From Eledone cirrhosa (taxonomy: Eukaryota), in assembly GCA_964016885.1 (NCBI GenBank), contig OZ024743.1:83204001-83268000 (forward strand): DNA of 64,000 nucleotides, written 5' to 3'. Below, piece after piece: positions 1 to 14,298 of the stretch. Within the stretch, counting starts at the first letter, position 1. Each line of letters starts with the position of its first letter. The notes below the pieces were generated by a model. That model was not told the DNA's origin, did not search any database, and saw only the letters and a program-made list of their open reading frames with translations. The position numbers and the translations under genes are program-made.

Positions 1-37
1 GTGGAATATGGACGTTAAACGATGATGATGATGATGA

Positions 38-1490
38 CAATACGAAGATACTCGCTCCAACGTTGAGAGTCTGGATAGGCGCGAAGAGCGGCCTTTAATT
101 GGCGGTGGAATCGTTCCACCATTCCGTTTGAAGCAGGGTGATAGGCTGTGGTCCGAATCCGTTGAGCGCCAATGATCTTTGTGAGCTCAGAGAAAAGATG
201 AGATTCAAATTGTCTACCATGGTCTGTGGTGACTGTAGTTCGTGCGCCAAAGCGGGTAATCCACGCTGATACCAGGGCACGCGCTACAGTCTCGGCAGTT
301 ATATCTTGTAAGGGGATGGCTTCAGGCCATTGCGAAAAAGGATCAATACAGGTCAAGAGGTACGAATATCCACTGCTGAATGGCCAAGGTCCAACGATGT
401 CAATGTGGATGTGTTGAAACCGAGCATCTGGAGTACTGAAAGTATCAAGTGGAGTCCGGATGTGTCTGTGGACTTTAGATTTTTGACACTGTGTGCAGGA
501 ACGGCACCAGACAGTAATTTCTCGCCTCATATTGGGCCAGAAAAATCTAGCCGTTATAAGCTTTACTGTGGCAGAAATTCCTGGGTGAGAAATGCTGTGC
601 AAAGCAAGGAACACAATTCGACGGTGAGTCTCAGGAACAAATGGCCGTGGTGAATCCGTAGATACATCACATAGAATCTGCTTGTCGGTGGTCGACAAGG
701 GCAGATATTTAAAGATGCAAGTCGCAAATTCGGCAGAAAGAGTATCCAACGATTGGAGTGCAGGTTGGTCTGCAGCTAAATGACCTAAGTCGATCTCCTG
801 GGATGACGAGATGGAGCTGATTGGCAAACGTGACAATGCGTCTGCAGCTATGTTATGCGAGCCAGCAATGAGTTGGATATCATTTGTAAATTGCGAAACG
901 TAGTCCAGGTGCCTTGTCTCTCTGAGCGAATATCTGTCAGCTTTAGCCCTCAAAGCGAAGGTCAGAGGTTTGTGGTCGGTTAAAACAGTAACATCCCTCC
1001 CCTCAAGAATATGAGAGAAATGTTTCACCGACAGATATATGGATAATAATTCCCGCCCAAACGTGCTGTAACGTGTTTCTGCTGGTTTCAGCTTCCTCGA
1101 GAAAAATGCTAAAGGTTGTTGGTTTCCAGCATTGAACTGCTGTAAAACTGCTCCCATAGCGGTATCAGATGCATCAACACAAAGCGAAAGCTTGGCCTCT
1201 GGTACCGGGTGGGCTAGCAAAAATGAACTAGCAAGTGCTGTCTGGAAGTCTTGAAGCTGTCTTTGTGTCAAGGAAATATGCTCATTCTTCTTACGACGAT
1301 TTTTCAAAATGTCAGTAAGGGAAGATAGCAAATTAGCACAATGAGGAATGAAACGCCTATAGAAATTGATAAGGCCTAAGAAGTGACACAACTGGTGAAG
1401 TGTAGTAGGCGGAGGTAAATCCTGTATGGCTTGAACTCGCTGAGGGAGCAGCCTAATAGCTTCGGCGTCGATGAGGTGGCCTAAAAAATT
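38..1490 (-). mobile_element. Gypsy/Ty3 LTR retrotransposon pol fragment (RT end, RNase H, integrase)
   Basis: ORF 15-1391: [35 protein letters not shown] (H..SHPG...C..CQ), [24 protein letters not shown]. Confidence 0.95.
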
Positions 1491-1559
1491 TCTATAGGTG
1501 ATTCATCCCTCATTGTGGAGTCGCGCCTGTCGCAAAGGGACGTAACTCCTATACATGCT

Positions 1560-2200
1560 GAGGCACAGCCATAAGGGGCCGCTACAAGGTAAACAGAAAT
1601 AACAACACAATCGGTACAGTATATGGAAGGGATATATTAGATTAACGCTTGATATAGCAGGAAGAGGGTCTTAACGTTTCAGATGCTAGTCCTTCATCAG
1701 AAGAAAGAATGAGAAATAAGATATATTGAGGGAACGGGCGGGTTGGAATTGGAAAAAATGTCTTTAGATAAAAATAACAGGTCCATTCATGTTGACATCT
1801 CTTGCAAAACTGTTGGTGCTGGCGTTTTGTGTATGATTTATTTTTAGAAAAGTGGATGATGGAGCATGTCTACCTGAAATGGAAAATAACATTTTGTAAA
1901 AAGATCTACACTTGTGCACATGCGTAAGCATGTGTGTGTGTGTGTTATTATACATCTGTACGAAGCTAAGAAGAAATGTGTGTGTATATGTGAGTAAAAG
2001 AGTGTGTGTGTGCATGTAAGTACGAAGCTATGAGCAAAAGTATGTTAATATAAGGATGTGTATGTATGTATACAGAGCAGTGAAGGGAAAAGTGGAGTGA
2101 GCATATATAGTCGGCCTGTATTAGTTTGAAGAGAAGACGTTAATGATCAAGAGAAAGTGATAGGAATCTAGGGGTGTGATAATGGATGGAGTATTAGAGT
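1560..2200 (-). mobile_element. Penelope-like element 3' tail/pseudo-LTR remnant
   Basis: Contains the HHR at 1669-1704; the homologous copy-2 segment continues into a GIY-YIG C-terminus (46820-47010). Boundaries approximate. Confidence 0.6.
1669..1704 (-). ncRNA. Minimal type I hammerhead ribozyme motif at the 3' end of a PLE remnant
   Basis: Minus strand UCUU-CUGAUGA-A-GGA(cuagca)UCU-GAAA-CG-UU-AAGA; stem I UCUU/AAGA; palindromic AACGUU stem III. Confidence 0.7.
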
Positions 2201-2203
2201 GTT

Positions 2204-2460
2204 TTTTCCTTGAGCAAGACACTTTATTTCACGTTGCTCCAGTTTACTCAGCTGTAGAAATGAGGTGATAGGGACTGGGGTCCATATCATACCACTGCAA
2301 AGTGGTCGTGGAGGTGCCACGGCAAAAAAGCACCCAGCACTCACTGTAAATGAGGTTGGTGTTAGGAAGGGCATCCAGCTGTAGAAATCAAGCCAGCATC
2401 AGTTCCCGTCCCACCCTTGCAAGCAGGGAAAAAGCGGACGTAAAATGAAATGATGATGAT
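2204..2460 (+). mobile_element. 5'-truncated SINE family A with (ATG)n tail; absent at this site in copy 2
   Basis: Matches the body of 5638-5962 (ccttgagcaagacactttatttcac...gttaggaagggcatccagctg...gatgatg). Confidence 0.75.
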
Positions 2461-2769
2461 ATAGTGTATATGTAATGTATATATATAGTGTATATAAATA
2501 GTATATATAAAATAGGCGCCACGGAAAATAGCACCCAGCACTCACTGTAAATGAGGTTGGTGTTAGGAAGGGCATCCAGCTGTAGAAATCAAGCCAGAAT
2601 CAGTTCCCATATGAGCAATATATGGTCACCCGACCTGGCACTGCCAACAACAGGAGAACCCGTCTAACCCATGCTAGCATAGAAGAATGGACGTAAAACG
2701 GTGATGATGATATGAGTTATTACTGGTTCCAAGTTGTATCGTCCATTACCTTTCTCTTGGACATCATAT

Positions 2770-4445
2770 ATACTGTACATAGAGTATAGTTTTTAACTGG
2801 TTGAAATCCTTCATTCTCAGTTGAAGAGAGGTAGTCACGGTTCTAAGACAGCATTCTTCACTGTATGAGATGTCATCTGGTGTACCACGGGGATCTGTTC
2901 TTGGACGCCTTTTGTTTGTTGCATATGTAGTGGATGAATGATAAAAAAGAATAATGCCAGAATTGTGATGTTGACAATGTTTATTTTACAATAACAATAT
3001 TCACTTGTTGCTACATTGAATATCGAGTAATAAAAATTGTGACAGGAATTATCACTACATCAATTTGCTGACTAGCTACTTCGAGCTAACGTGTATGTAT
3101 GTATGTATCAATACAACAATACAATAGAAGTGATTCAACAGGAAGATGAAAGAATAGATAAAACACAGAAGTAAACAGTATAATGAAACCTACTGAGTGT
3201 GTGTGTATCCTTAGTATTTGTTATTCCTCTCAAGGACTGGTGCTTCGGTCTCTCTTGTCTGAGAGATAGAGTAAAAGGTCCGTAGATGTCAGTAGAAGTC
3301 TGCAGACCCCAAGAGGTCTGTAGAACGTGAATGTTTCACATCGTTATTCTCTCAAGTGCTGCTGCTTCATGGTCTGGCTGCTGGGTTCCTTTTGTACTTG
3401 TATTTATAATAACCCTATAGCTAGAAGGATATGTATACAGGATTGATTTGAGTAGCCATGTGTGTTTCATCTATCATGAAGCTGGGGTCACAGGTCAAGT
3501 GGTATGTACTTTTATCATTGTTGTCTCTTGACAGGACAATGGTGGGAAACTCCCTACGATAGGTGGTCCCAGATGCGAGAACTCTTAGATTCGGTTTCGA
3601 AACTTTGCCGGATAATTTATAGGAGAATTCCGTTACACATATATTAATGACATAGATGCCAACTTAAAGAATGTCACAGTACTGAAATATGCAGATGACA
3701 TCAAGCTGTCCCTTGAGATAAAAAGTACAGATCCTGAACACTTTAGATCTTTCCAGCAATCAGATCTTGATACAATGCAGCAATAGATCACAGACTGGCA
3801 ACTGAAGATGGCTGTGTACAAATTTACCACCATGCATTTATCTATCTATTTAAAGCTGTATATAGCTATGGTGTGACCACACTTTGAATTTGCATCACCA
3901 GTCTGAAACCGCTATCTTGCTCAGAACATTGACTGCCTGGAAATTGTTCAGAGATGAGCAACCAAGTGAATACCCTCCATCTACCATACTCTGAACACCT
4001 TGCTTCCCTGGGCATGGATACATTGAAGCTCCGACGTCTTAAAACTGACTTGGTAAACACCCACAAAATTATTAACCATCTTTCCAACAACAATCCTGAG
4101 CACCTTTTTGAGTTCCATGTGTCTAACACACGTGGACATGCCTACAAAGTCAGAAAACAGCACAGCTCCTATGACTTTCAGAAACATTTGTTCACGCCCA
4201 GAGTTGCTGAAGCATGGAACAAACTACCTGCATCAGTTGTTAACTGTTGGGACACTGCATCCTTTGAAACTTCCATACTTCTTGAAATTCACCAACACTA
4301 CACCTGGTATCCCCTCTCCATACACACACATGTATATCATGACTCATACACTGTTTACTTTCCTGACATTTGTACATTATTCTATGTACTATACATGCAC
4401 CTTTGATGAGTTGTAGTGCACCTGAGCACTGTACACAATAATTTC
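2770..4445 (+). mobile_element. Decayed CR1/L2-like LINE 3' part, interrupted by a solo LTR
   Basis: SGVPRGSVLG-like motif at ~2875, YADD at ~3688, Y.EHL..LG..TL.LRRL..DL...HKI and TRGH..K in ORF 3954-4406. Confidence 0.8.
2926..3637. mobile_element. Solo LTR (TG...CA) with 4-bp TSD CATA
   Basis: Starts TGTAGTGGA, ends TCCGTTACA, flanked by CATA at 2922-2925 and 3638-3641; splits the LINE RT sequence. Copy 2 at 47669-48537. Confidence 0.75.
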
Positions 4446-4545
4446 ATTCATTAACCAGGAATAAAATTATTCTTGAGATATTATTCACTTCGAACCTGTA
4501 CTTTCTCTATTTCTTGTTCGGGCCTGGTCTATCTATCTATATATA

Positions 4546-5395
4546 TCATCATCAGCATCGTTTAACGTCTATCTTCCACGCTAGCATGGGTTAGATCGGA
4601 ATTGTCCCACTTGAGGCAAGATTGGTCGGATGACCGTGTCTCGCTTGTATAGGAGTATTTTTGACAGCTGGATGCCCTTCCTAACACCAACCACATTTAC
4701 GGTTGGACTGGGAACTTTTTACCGTGTCACATTTCGGATATTTTATAGAATTTATTTGATAGAATCAGAGTATTGTCCTCTCTTCTACTTATCAACACTT
4801 TTGTCTTAGCTAGGTTCACTCTCAGTCCTCTTGATTCCAACTGCTGTTTCCATAGCCAAAATTTATTCTCTAGCTCCTCTACTGATTCTGCTATAAGAAC
4901 CAGATCATCAGCATAGAGAAGTTCCCATGGACAGCCAGTCTTAAACTCCTCTGTTATGGCTTGGAGGACTATAATGAACAAGAGTGGGCTGAGGACCAAA
5001 CCCTGATGAACATCTACTTGTATCTGGAATTCCTCACTAAACTCCATACCTACTCTCACTTTACTGACAGCACCCCTGTACAAATCTTGCACTGTCCTCA
5101 CAAGCCATTCCTACACCTAGTTTCCTTAGGGACCACCAGATGCCAGATCAGGGTACCCTATCAAAGGCCTTCTCTAGGTCAACAAAAGTTAAGTATAGTG
5201 GCTTATTCTTCTCTAAGAACCTCTTTTGTAATTGTCTCACCAAGAAGAGGCCATCTGTTGTACTTTTCCCAGGCATAAAACCAAACTGCATCTCATCTAG
5301 TTTGACCCTTTCTCTAATTAGTTGCGCTAATATTCTCTCTGCCACTTTCATAACCTGATCCATCAGCTTTATGCCCCTATAAATGCTCCTCTCCA
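4546..5395 (-). mobile_element. RTE-like LINE RT fragment with internal deletion and (ATG)n 3' tail
   Basis: QFGFMPGKSTTD, FVDLEKAFDRVP, VHQGLVLSPLLF, ELLYADDLVL. Copy 2 at ~49446-50335. Confidence 0.9.
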
Positions 5396-5637
5396 GGGTT
5401 CTTATATATTTTATATATATTTATCCTTATCGAGCCCTCTTTGGATTTAAGTCTTCAAATTTATTATTATTACTATATATATATATATACACACGCTCAT
5501 CCACACACTCACACATATATATAAATATATGTGTGTATAGTACAATTTCCTTCTTATATATATATATATATGTATTAATATATATGTATATATATATATA
5601 TATGTGTGTGTGTATATATATGTATTAATATATAAAT

Positions 5638-6357
5638 GGAGGCACATGGCTTAGTGGTTAGAGCATTGGCCTTGCAATCGAAAGGTTGTGAGTTCATATC
5701 TCAGACCGGGTGATGTGTTGTTTCCTTGAGCAAGAAACTTTATTTCACATTGCTCCAGTTTACTCAGCTGTAGAAATGAGATGATAGGGACTGGGGTCCC
5801 TATCATTCCACTGCAAAGTGGTTGTGGAGGTGCCACGCCAAAAAAGCATCCAGCACTCACTGTAAATGAGGTTGGTGTTAGGAAGGGCATCCAGCTGTAG
5901 AAATCAAGCCAGAATCGGTTCCCGTCCCACCCTTGCAAGCAGGGAAAAGTGGACGTAAAATGAATTATATATATATATATATTTATATATGTGTGTGTGT
6001 ATATATATGTATTAATATATAAATGGAGGCACATGGCTTAGTGGTTAGAGCATTGGCCTTGCAATCGAAAGGTTGTGAGTTCAATTCTCAGACCGGGTGA
6101 TGTGTTGTTTCCTTGAGCAAGATACTTTATTTCACATTGCTCCAGTTTACTCAGCTGTAGAAATGAGATGATAGGACTGGGGTCCCTATCATTCCACTGC
6201 AAAGTGGTCGTGGAGGTGCCACGGCAAAAAAGCACCCAGCCCACACTGTAAATGAGGTTGGTGTTAGGAAGGGCATCCAGCTGTAGAAATCAAGCCAGAA
6301 TCAGTTCTCGTCCCACCCTTGCAAGCAAGGAAAATCGAACGTATGATGATGATGATG
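5638..6357 (+). mobile_element. Two tandem copies of tRNA-derived SINE family A (only one in copy 2, ~50573-50902)
   Basis: A-box-like TGGCTTAGTGG, B-box-like GAGTTC, shared body and (ATG)n tail; units begin 5638 and 6024. Confidence 0.85.
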
Positions 6358-6404
<47 letters not shown>

Positions 6405-6408
<4 letters not shown>

Positions 6409-6525
6409 CTCCATAGATGTGTGTATAACTCAGTAGATGTTTATGTAACTCAGTAGATGTGTGTATAACTCAGTAGATGTGTGTGTGTAACTCAGTAGAT
6501 GTGTATAACTCAGATGTGTATGTAA
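6405..6525. repeat. Minisatellite (taactcagtagatgtgtg), reverse complement of the 22720-23725 array
   Basis: Directly visible repeat. Confidence 0.85.
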
Positions 6526-6964
6526 CGCAAATAATCGTCCCCCACCCTTACTTTTGTCCCAAATAATCATCCCCCAACCTTGCTTTGGTCTCAAATAATC
6601 GTACCCTACCCTCGCTTTCATCTCAAATAATTTTCCGCCACTCTCACTTATTTATTTTTCAGATTTTTTACACCACCGCCCTGCTCTTGATTCACGCCAC
6701 CCTCTGTTTATTCAATTTTTCTTATGTCTTGTGAAATATTATTCTATGTGGTTGCATTCCTGCGATAATATTCTTTAGACATTAAAAAACATTATACATG
6801 ACAAAAAATAAATTACTAGAAATCCCATATGTTATAAAATAAATAAGATGGGTTGGGGTCTCATTATGTAAACTAAATGACTAATTTTGGTTTTCTATCT
6901 CCAGTGAAGTTTTACCGATTTTCCACACACCCCACGCTTCTTTCTGTGTTGATGTATTTAATTT

Positions 6965-7515
6965 AACAAAAAGTGCCTAGCCCACTATGTAAAGTGGTCA
7001 TGTAGGTGTCATGACAAAAAGCACCTAGCCCTCACTGTAAATTGATCTTGTAGGTGTCACAACAAAAAACAACCCAGTCCACACTTTAAAGTGGTCGTGT
7101 AGGTGTCATGACAAAAGCATCCAGCCTCACTGTAAAGTGGTTGTGTAAGTGTCACTACAATAAGCGCTCAGTCCACTATATAAAGTGGTCATGTAGGTGC
7201 CATGTCAAAAAACACCCAGCCCTCATCATGTAGGTGTCAGAACAAAAAGCACCCAATCCACATTGTAAAGTGGTCATGTAGGTGTCACGGTAGAAACACC
7301 CAGCCCACATTGTAAAGTGGTCTTGTAGGAGTCACAGCAAAAAGCACCCAGCATACTGTAAATATGGTTGGCTTTAGGAAGGGCATCCCTCCGTGTAAAC
7401 AAAGTCAAACAGTTCTGTATGAGCAAAAGATGGTCACCTAACCCAACTTGCTTCAAATGGGACAACCCATCAAACCCATGCTACCGTGGAAAATGACCGT
7501 TAAATGATAACGATA
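6965..7515 (+). repeat. ~40-bp tandem expansion of an internal SINE/RTE-tail segment ending in an RTE-like tail
   Basis: Repeated aaaaagcacccagcc.cactgtaaagtggtc.tgtaggtgtca, then ttaggaagggcatc. Confidence 0.7.
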
Positions 7516-8529
7516 TATGTATGTATATGTATATGAATTTTTTTTTTCTTTTACACCTGGGAGTGAAAGGCCCTCAGTTGTGGTCACAACACCTTTCAAG
7601 TAGAGGGAAACTCTGAAAGAAAACCTGCGGCCTCAGAAGCATCCGATGATGTTGACCAGTTCTCCTTTTCGGGTACTGTTTTTGATGTTCAGAGAGTGGG
7701 ATTGGTTGAGTGCAAGGTCATTCCTCACTTAAAAAACCTTCAAAACACAGGCATTGCTTGTTCAGGATATGTTACAGGTTCGTGTGGCTGGCCGTAGCCT
7801 AAAGTTGCACCATTTCCTGTAATCTGACAAGTGATTGCAATACTCTTAGCAGATTTGCAGCCATCACACACACATATATATATATATATGTATGTATACA
7901 CATATGTATATATTTGTATATATATGTATATATCCTCATCTTCATTGTAGACACTCATAATAGAAACTGATACAGGGTAGAGAGCTCTTAAGTCCAGTAA
8001 AATAACCTCTCTAGTGCCATGAACAATACACCCAGTCCTTGCTGTAAAGGGGTTGATGAGAGGAAGGACATCCAAACAGAAAAGAACAAAAAAACGCCAA
8101 AATTATGGAAAGCCGTGCAAATAAAATTCCCACTAATTGTGTCTACAGGACTAACACAAGTCCTGTTGGTGGGGTGCCTAGGGTAGCCATGTGTGAGAAT
8201 CCTTTGACTGTTATCAAGCAATCGCTCAGCATTTTTCCCTTCCAGGTAGAAAGAACTGTTACTCAAGGAACTGTCAAGTTACACATCTCAGGTCTCAGAC
8301 AATTATCATGTTAGAATGTCATATAAGAATGAAGTTCCTGGGTAAAGGCTATAGGGCAGACCTCCCAAGAGTTAGAATGATAAAATTTACAGAGCTTGCT
8401 GGAATACCACTACTTACATTGGAGAGAATAACTCTGGACAGGAAAGTTGATATCTACAGATTATCAATATAGAAATATAAATTTCCAATGTTAAATCTAT
8501 CTCTGTTTCTAAAGTATTCTCTATTATCT

Positions 8530-8553
8530 CATACTGTTTCTTTCTTATTTCAG
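8530..8553 (+). promoter_or_regulatory. Probable splice acceptor opening the ZNF terminal exon
   Basis: Polypyrimidine tract tgtttctttcttatttcag ending 8553, 375 nt before the ATG. Confidence 0.55.
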
Positions 8554-8927
8554 AATATCGGATGACATTGGAATATATTTACTTTTTAATCTGGAATACA
8601 TCCCCTCTATTATCATCATTTCAAGACTAAAGATTTTCATACAGAACTCATATAACACTGTTTATATAAATCTATGGCAGAATTACTGTGAAATATTTCC
8701 TCAGAACTGTGTTTCTTGGAAAAATATCATTTCGTCACCATCTGAAATATTTACAAGATGATTTTGAATCTTAACTAAACTTGGATCAGAAAGAAGTTTG
8801 CATCATCTTCAGATCTTGACTGAGGTCACAGTTGGGGGAAATATAGTAGACGAAATATCTTCAGGAATATAATATATAAAGTAAGACAAGAATAACATCT
8901 GTAAATTTTGGCAAGGGAAGAAGAAAC

Positions 8928-10226
8928 ATGGAAAATAAATTGAGTGAGAAGAAGATTATATGTGAAACATTGTCTAAAGATATGGCTATTCCAGAAGAGA
9001 TACCAAAGTCTAGAGGAGAGAAGCCATTTCACTGTGATGTCTGTGGTAAATCATTCGTTGTAAGTAGTCACTTAACTAAACACTTACGTACCCATACAGG
9101 AGACAAGCCATATGTCTGTGATATCTGTGGTAAATCATTCTCTCGAAGTAGTAACTTAACTTCTCACATACGTACCCATACAGGAGACAAGCCATATGTC
9201 TGTGATATCTGTGGTAAATCATTCTCTCTAAGTAGTAACTTAACTTCTCACATACGTACCCATACAGGAGACAAGCCATATGTCTGTGATATCTGTGGTA
9301 AATCATTCTCTCAAATTACTCACTTAACTAGTCACAAACGTACCCATACAGGAGACAAGCCAAATCACTGTGACATCTGTGGTAAATCATTCTCTGTAAG
9401 TAGTCACTTAACTATTCACAAACGTACCCATACAGGAGACAAGCCATATCACTGTGATATCTGTGGTAAATCATTCTCTGTAAGTAGTAGCTTAACTAGT
9501 CACAAACGAATACATACAGGAGACAAGCCATATCACTGTGATATCTGTGGTAAATCATTCTCTCAAATTAGTACCTTAACTACTCACAAACATATACATA
9601 CAGGAGACAAGCCAAATCACTGTGACATCTGTGGTAAATCATTCTCTGAAAGTAGTCACTTAACTAGTCACAAACGTACCCATACAGGAGACAAGCCATA
9701 TCACTGTGATATCTGTGGTAAATCATTCTCTGTAAGTAGTAGCTTAACTAGTCACAAACGAATACATACAGGAGACAAGCCATATCACTGTGATATCTGT
9801 GGTAAAACATTCCCTGGAAGTAGTACATTGACTACACACATACGCACCCATACAGGAGACAAGCCATACCACTGTGACATCTGTGGTAAATCATTCTCTG
9901 CTAGTAATACCTTAACTAGACACAAACATATACACACAGGAGACAAGCCTTACCATTGTGACATCTGTGGTAAATCGTTCTCTGTAAGTAGTGCCTTAAT
10001 TTCTCACAAACGTATACATACAGGTGAGAAACCATACCACTGTGATATCTGTGGTAAATCATTCTCTCGAAGTAGTACCTTATCTAGACACAAATGTATA
10101 CATACAGGAGAGAGGACATATCACTGTGATATCTGTGGGAAATCATTCTCTGTAAGTAGTCACTTAACTAAACACTTACATACCCACACAGGTGAGAAGC
10201 CATGCCACTGTGATATCTGTGGTTAA
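8928..10226 (+). CDS. Tandem C2H2 zinc-finger protein, 432 aa, 14 complete fingers, no recognisable effector domain
   Basis: 84-bp repeats encoding C-x2-C-x12-H-x3-H with TGDKP/TGEKP linkers; ATG in aacATGg context. Confidence 0.93.
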   Translation: MENKLSEKKIICETLSKDMAIPEEIPKSRGEKPFHCDVCGKSFVVSSHLTKHLRTHTGDKPYVCDICGKSFSRSSNLTSHIRTHTGDKPYVCDICGKSFSLSSNLTSHIRTHTGDKPYVCDICGKSFSQITHLTSHKRTHTGDKPNHCDICGKSFSVSSHLTIHKRTHTGDKPYHCDICGKSFSVSSSLTSHKRIHTGDKPYHCDICGKSFSQISTLTTHKHIHTGDKPNHCDICGKSFSESSHLTSHKRTHTGDKPYHCDICGKSFSVSSSLTSHKRIHTGDKPYHCDICGKTFPGSSTLTTHIRTHTGDKPYHCDICGKSFSASNTLTRHKHIHTGDKPYHCDICGKSFSVSSALISHKRIHTGEKPYHCDICGKSFSRSSTLSRHKCIHTGERTYHCDICGKSFSVSSHLTKHLHTHTGEKPCHCDICG

Positions 10227-11475
<1,249 letters not shown>

Positions 11476-11512
11476 CACTCAAAACAGTGCTAGCAATGTT
11501 GTTAATGTTTTG

Positions 11513-11518
11513 AATAAA
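11513..11518 (+). promoter_or_regulatory. Candidate polyadenylation signal of the ZNF gene
   Basis: AATAAA just after the last decayed finger, followed by T-rich sequence. Confidence 0.45.
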
Positions 11519-11765
11519 ACTTGTTTATTCTGAAATTATTCTCCTTTAATTTTATTTGTAGAAGTTGTAACCAAGACTTGTGCTGACAAAACTGCATGCT
11601 ACAGAATTTACAAACACTATATATATATAGTAATAATAATAAATGGGAAGAATAAAATCCGAAGAGGGCTCGATAAGGATAAATATATATCAAATACATA
11701 AAAACCATAGAAGAAAGATTTATAACAAAAAAAAACAGATTAAAGTTTAAGCAAAGAATATATAT

Positions 11766-12184
11766 ACTAGACCTGAAAAATGTGCAAGCTCAAAAGAGCC
11801 ACAGAATGTTATAATAAACCTTCAAAAGTGTGGGACTAGAGTTGTTGCTCAAAAATATTGTAATCATTATCTATCATGCACTCTGTGGCATCCTTTTATA
11901 AAAAAGAGACTCATAACGAACTCAAGACGACACAATAATTATTTAGATGTTTAGTAATGATTAATACAAAATGCACTTCAACCGAATTCTATATTATAAA
12001 TTCACTTAAATCATTATCATATCATCTTGAATTCGTTGAGTCTCTTTTTTATAAAAGGATGCCACAGAGTGTACGATAGATAATGATTACAATATTTTTG
12101 AGCAACAACTCTAGTCTCACACTTTTGAAGGTTTATTATAACATTCTGTGGCTCTTTTGAGCTTGTGCATTTTTCATGTCTAGT
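11766..12184. repeat. Fold-back element 1 (~160-bp inverted arms, ~100-bp spacer)
   Basis: 11766-11926 is the reverse complement of 12025-12184; copy 2 at 56320-56738. Confidence 0.9.
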
Positions 12185-13368
12185 TTAATATTTTTTTAAG
12201 GCAACGCTTGTAATAGCTCTAGTTAAACATGATATATATTAATAATAAATTATAGTTGTAATGTAATTAGATTATATAATTGGTATTTTATAAATGATCT
12301 TATAAATATTATTGTAAGATGTATTAAAATATTTTCAGACTTTTAATATAAACAACTACAAAAAACAATCAATATTAAATAAATATATTTTACATAATAA
12401 TTGTTATAGTTGAATTAATAAAAATTAAATATTACATACAAATAGTCTAACATAATAATAAAAAAATAATCTAACATAATAATAATAAAATAATCTAACA
12501 TAAAACGAACAATAATATGGACATATATACAAGTAAATATACTACCAATATTATAAGCATGTTATAACGAACTGAAAAAAAATAGTTAATATAAATTTAA
12601 AAAATCATATATAAATTAACAATACAACTTACCAAAACGAGAAAAATATTTTGATGATAAATGACGAAATACAGGAAGATTCGAAAGTGAAACGATAAAT
12701 AAGCGTGCAAACAAAGTAGCGGATGCTTTTGAGCCACAATTACTCTCATTGGTTGATTAGCCAATAAGACGATAAAATTAGCCAGTAAGACGATACATTA
12801 CAAAACATGTTTGGAAGGGATCACCACAGCCAGCGAAACCCCTTGAATTTTTTATTCACAAGCTATGCATATATGTCAGACATGCAAACTTAAAACATTC
12901 TGTTGTTAGTCACTGCATGTCTAACAGATATATTTATGAGTGTATATGTATGTGTGTAGAAATTTCTGTCCATGAATATGATTGTATCTTTATTTGTGTA
13001 TATGTATATCTATATGTGAGTATGTATATGTACGTGTGTCTGTATATTTATATGTGTTCTTATATACATGTGTGCACATCTGGATATATTTTCAGTGTCT
13101 GTTCTAGATCTCTCAGTACAAATTCCACTGAGGTGAAGCTGCTTATATATTTTGAGGTCCATAAATGAAATACCAGTGAAATACTGGGGTTGATTCTTCC
13201 TGTTTGTCATTGTCTGTCTGTCTACTCATCTCCCTCTCTCTCTCTCTATATATATGAGCGCGACACTTGCCTCTAACTTGGACAAACCCGTCTAACCCAT
13301 GCTAGCGTGGAAGATAGACATTAATCGATGATGATGATATCTAGGGATTGTAACATTATTACCACAAC

Positions 13369-13449
13369 AGCAGTCTGATGAGCTATTGATTTTAGAGTCA
13401 GGCTAGATCGAACCTTGAGCTGATCGATAGCAAAACGTGCTTCACTGCT
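13369..13449 (+). ncRNA. Degenerate type I hammerhead (GAAA changed to AAAA)
   Basis: AGCAGU-CUGAUGA-GCUAUUGAU...AUCGAUAGC-AAAA-CGUGCUUC-ACUGCU; stems I and II pair fully. Copy 2 at 57923-58003. Confidence 0.6.
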
Positions 13450-13896
13450 CAATAAACATAATGAAGACATGACAAACCTTCCTTTATATATATGTATATA
13501 TACACACATATATATTTCTATTGGTGCTTTAAGATAGCGACGTATATATATGAATGTACGTATTGTATATTTAATAATATACTGTATGTTTATTTAAAAA
13601 CACTTTGAAGGCCTTTTGCTATGAATTTAAGGTATTGACTATAGTCACACACCTGGCTTCAGCAAAACCAAAGGGAAATAACCAACGATTGTTTCTCACT
13701 TTTTAATGGTTAGCAAGGTTATATATCCCCTATTTTTGCTGTGAGCTGTAGAAGGTGGATTCTTATAGAATTCCAATTATGTTTATGCACTGTTTAAACT
13801 CATTAACATACAGGTTGCCTGAAGCTAGGTATGTGACGTCTGTCAATACCTTAAATTCATAGCGCAGGGCCTTCAAAATGATTTTAGATAAACATA

Positions 13897-14252
13897 TCAT
13901 CATCATCATCATCATCATCGTTTAACGGCCATCTTGCATGGGTTTGGACGGGAATATTCCCACTTGAGGCAAGATTGGTTGTCTTGCTCGTATAGGACTG
14001 TCTGGCGGGTTTTCTACGGCTGGATGCCCTTCCTAACACCAACCACATCTACAGTGTGGACTGGGAGGCTTTTACCGTGTTACCTACACGGCCACATTAC
14101 TGCGTGGACTGTGTGTTTTTTTGTCGTGACACCTACATGACCTCATTTTTTTCGGACTGGATGTTGTGGTACCAACATAACTTTACATCGAAAGGGGTGG
14201 TGTGAATGGGGTTGGGGTAGTGGGACGGGGGTGTATTTTTGTTAGAGGTGCC
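13897..14252 (-). mobile_element. RTE-like LINE 3' UTR fragment
   Basis: (CAT)n tail; matches 39820-40200 and the reverse complement of 44585-44942. Confidence 0.8.
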
Positions 14253-14298
14253 TAAACATACAGTATATTATTAAATATACAATACCTACATTCATATA

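Noticed and set aside
4900-5012. TCATCAG/CTGATGA hits (also 4549, 15071, 15169, 39322)
   Set aside because: Fall in RT coding sequence or simple repeats and lack flanking stems and GAAA.
5638-5710. tRNA gene
   Set aside because: tRNA-like head of a SINE continuing into the repeat body; no complete cloverleaf.
12735-12800. CCAAT-like boxes as a promoter
   Set aside because: Short motifs with no linked transcript evidence.
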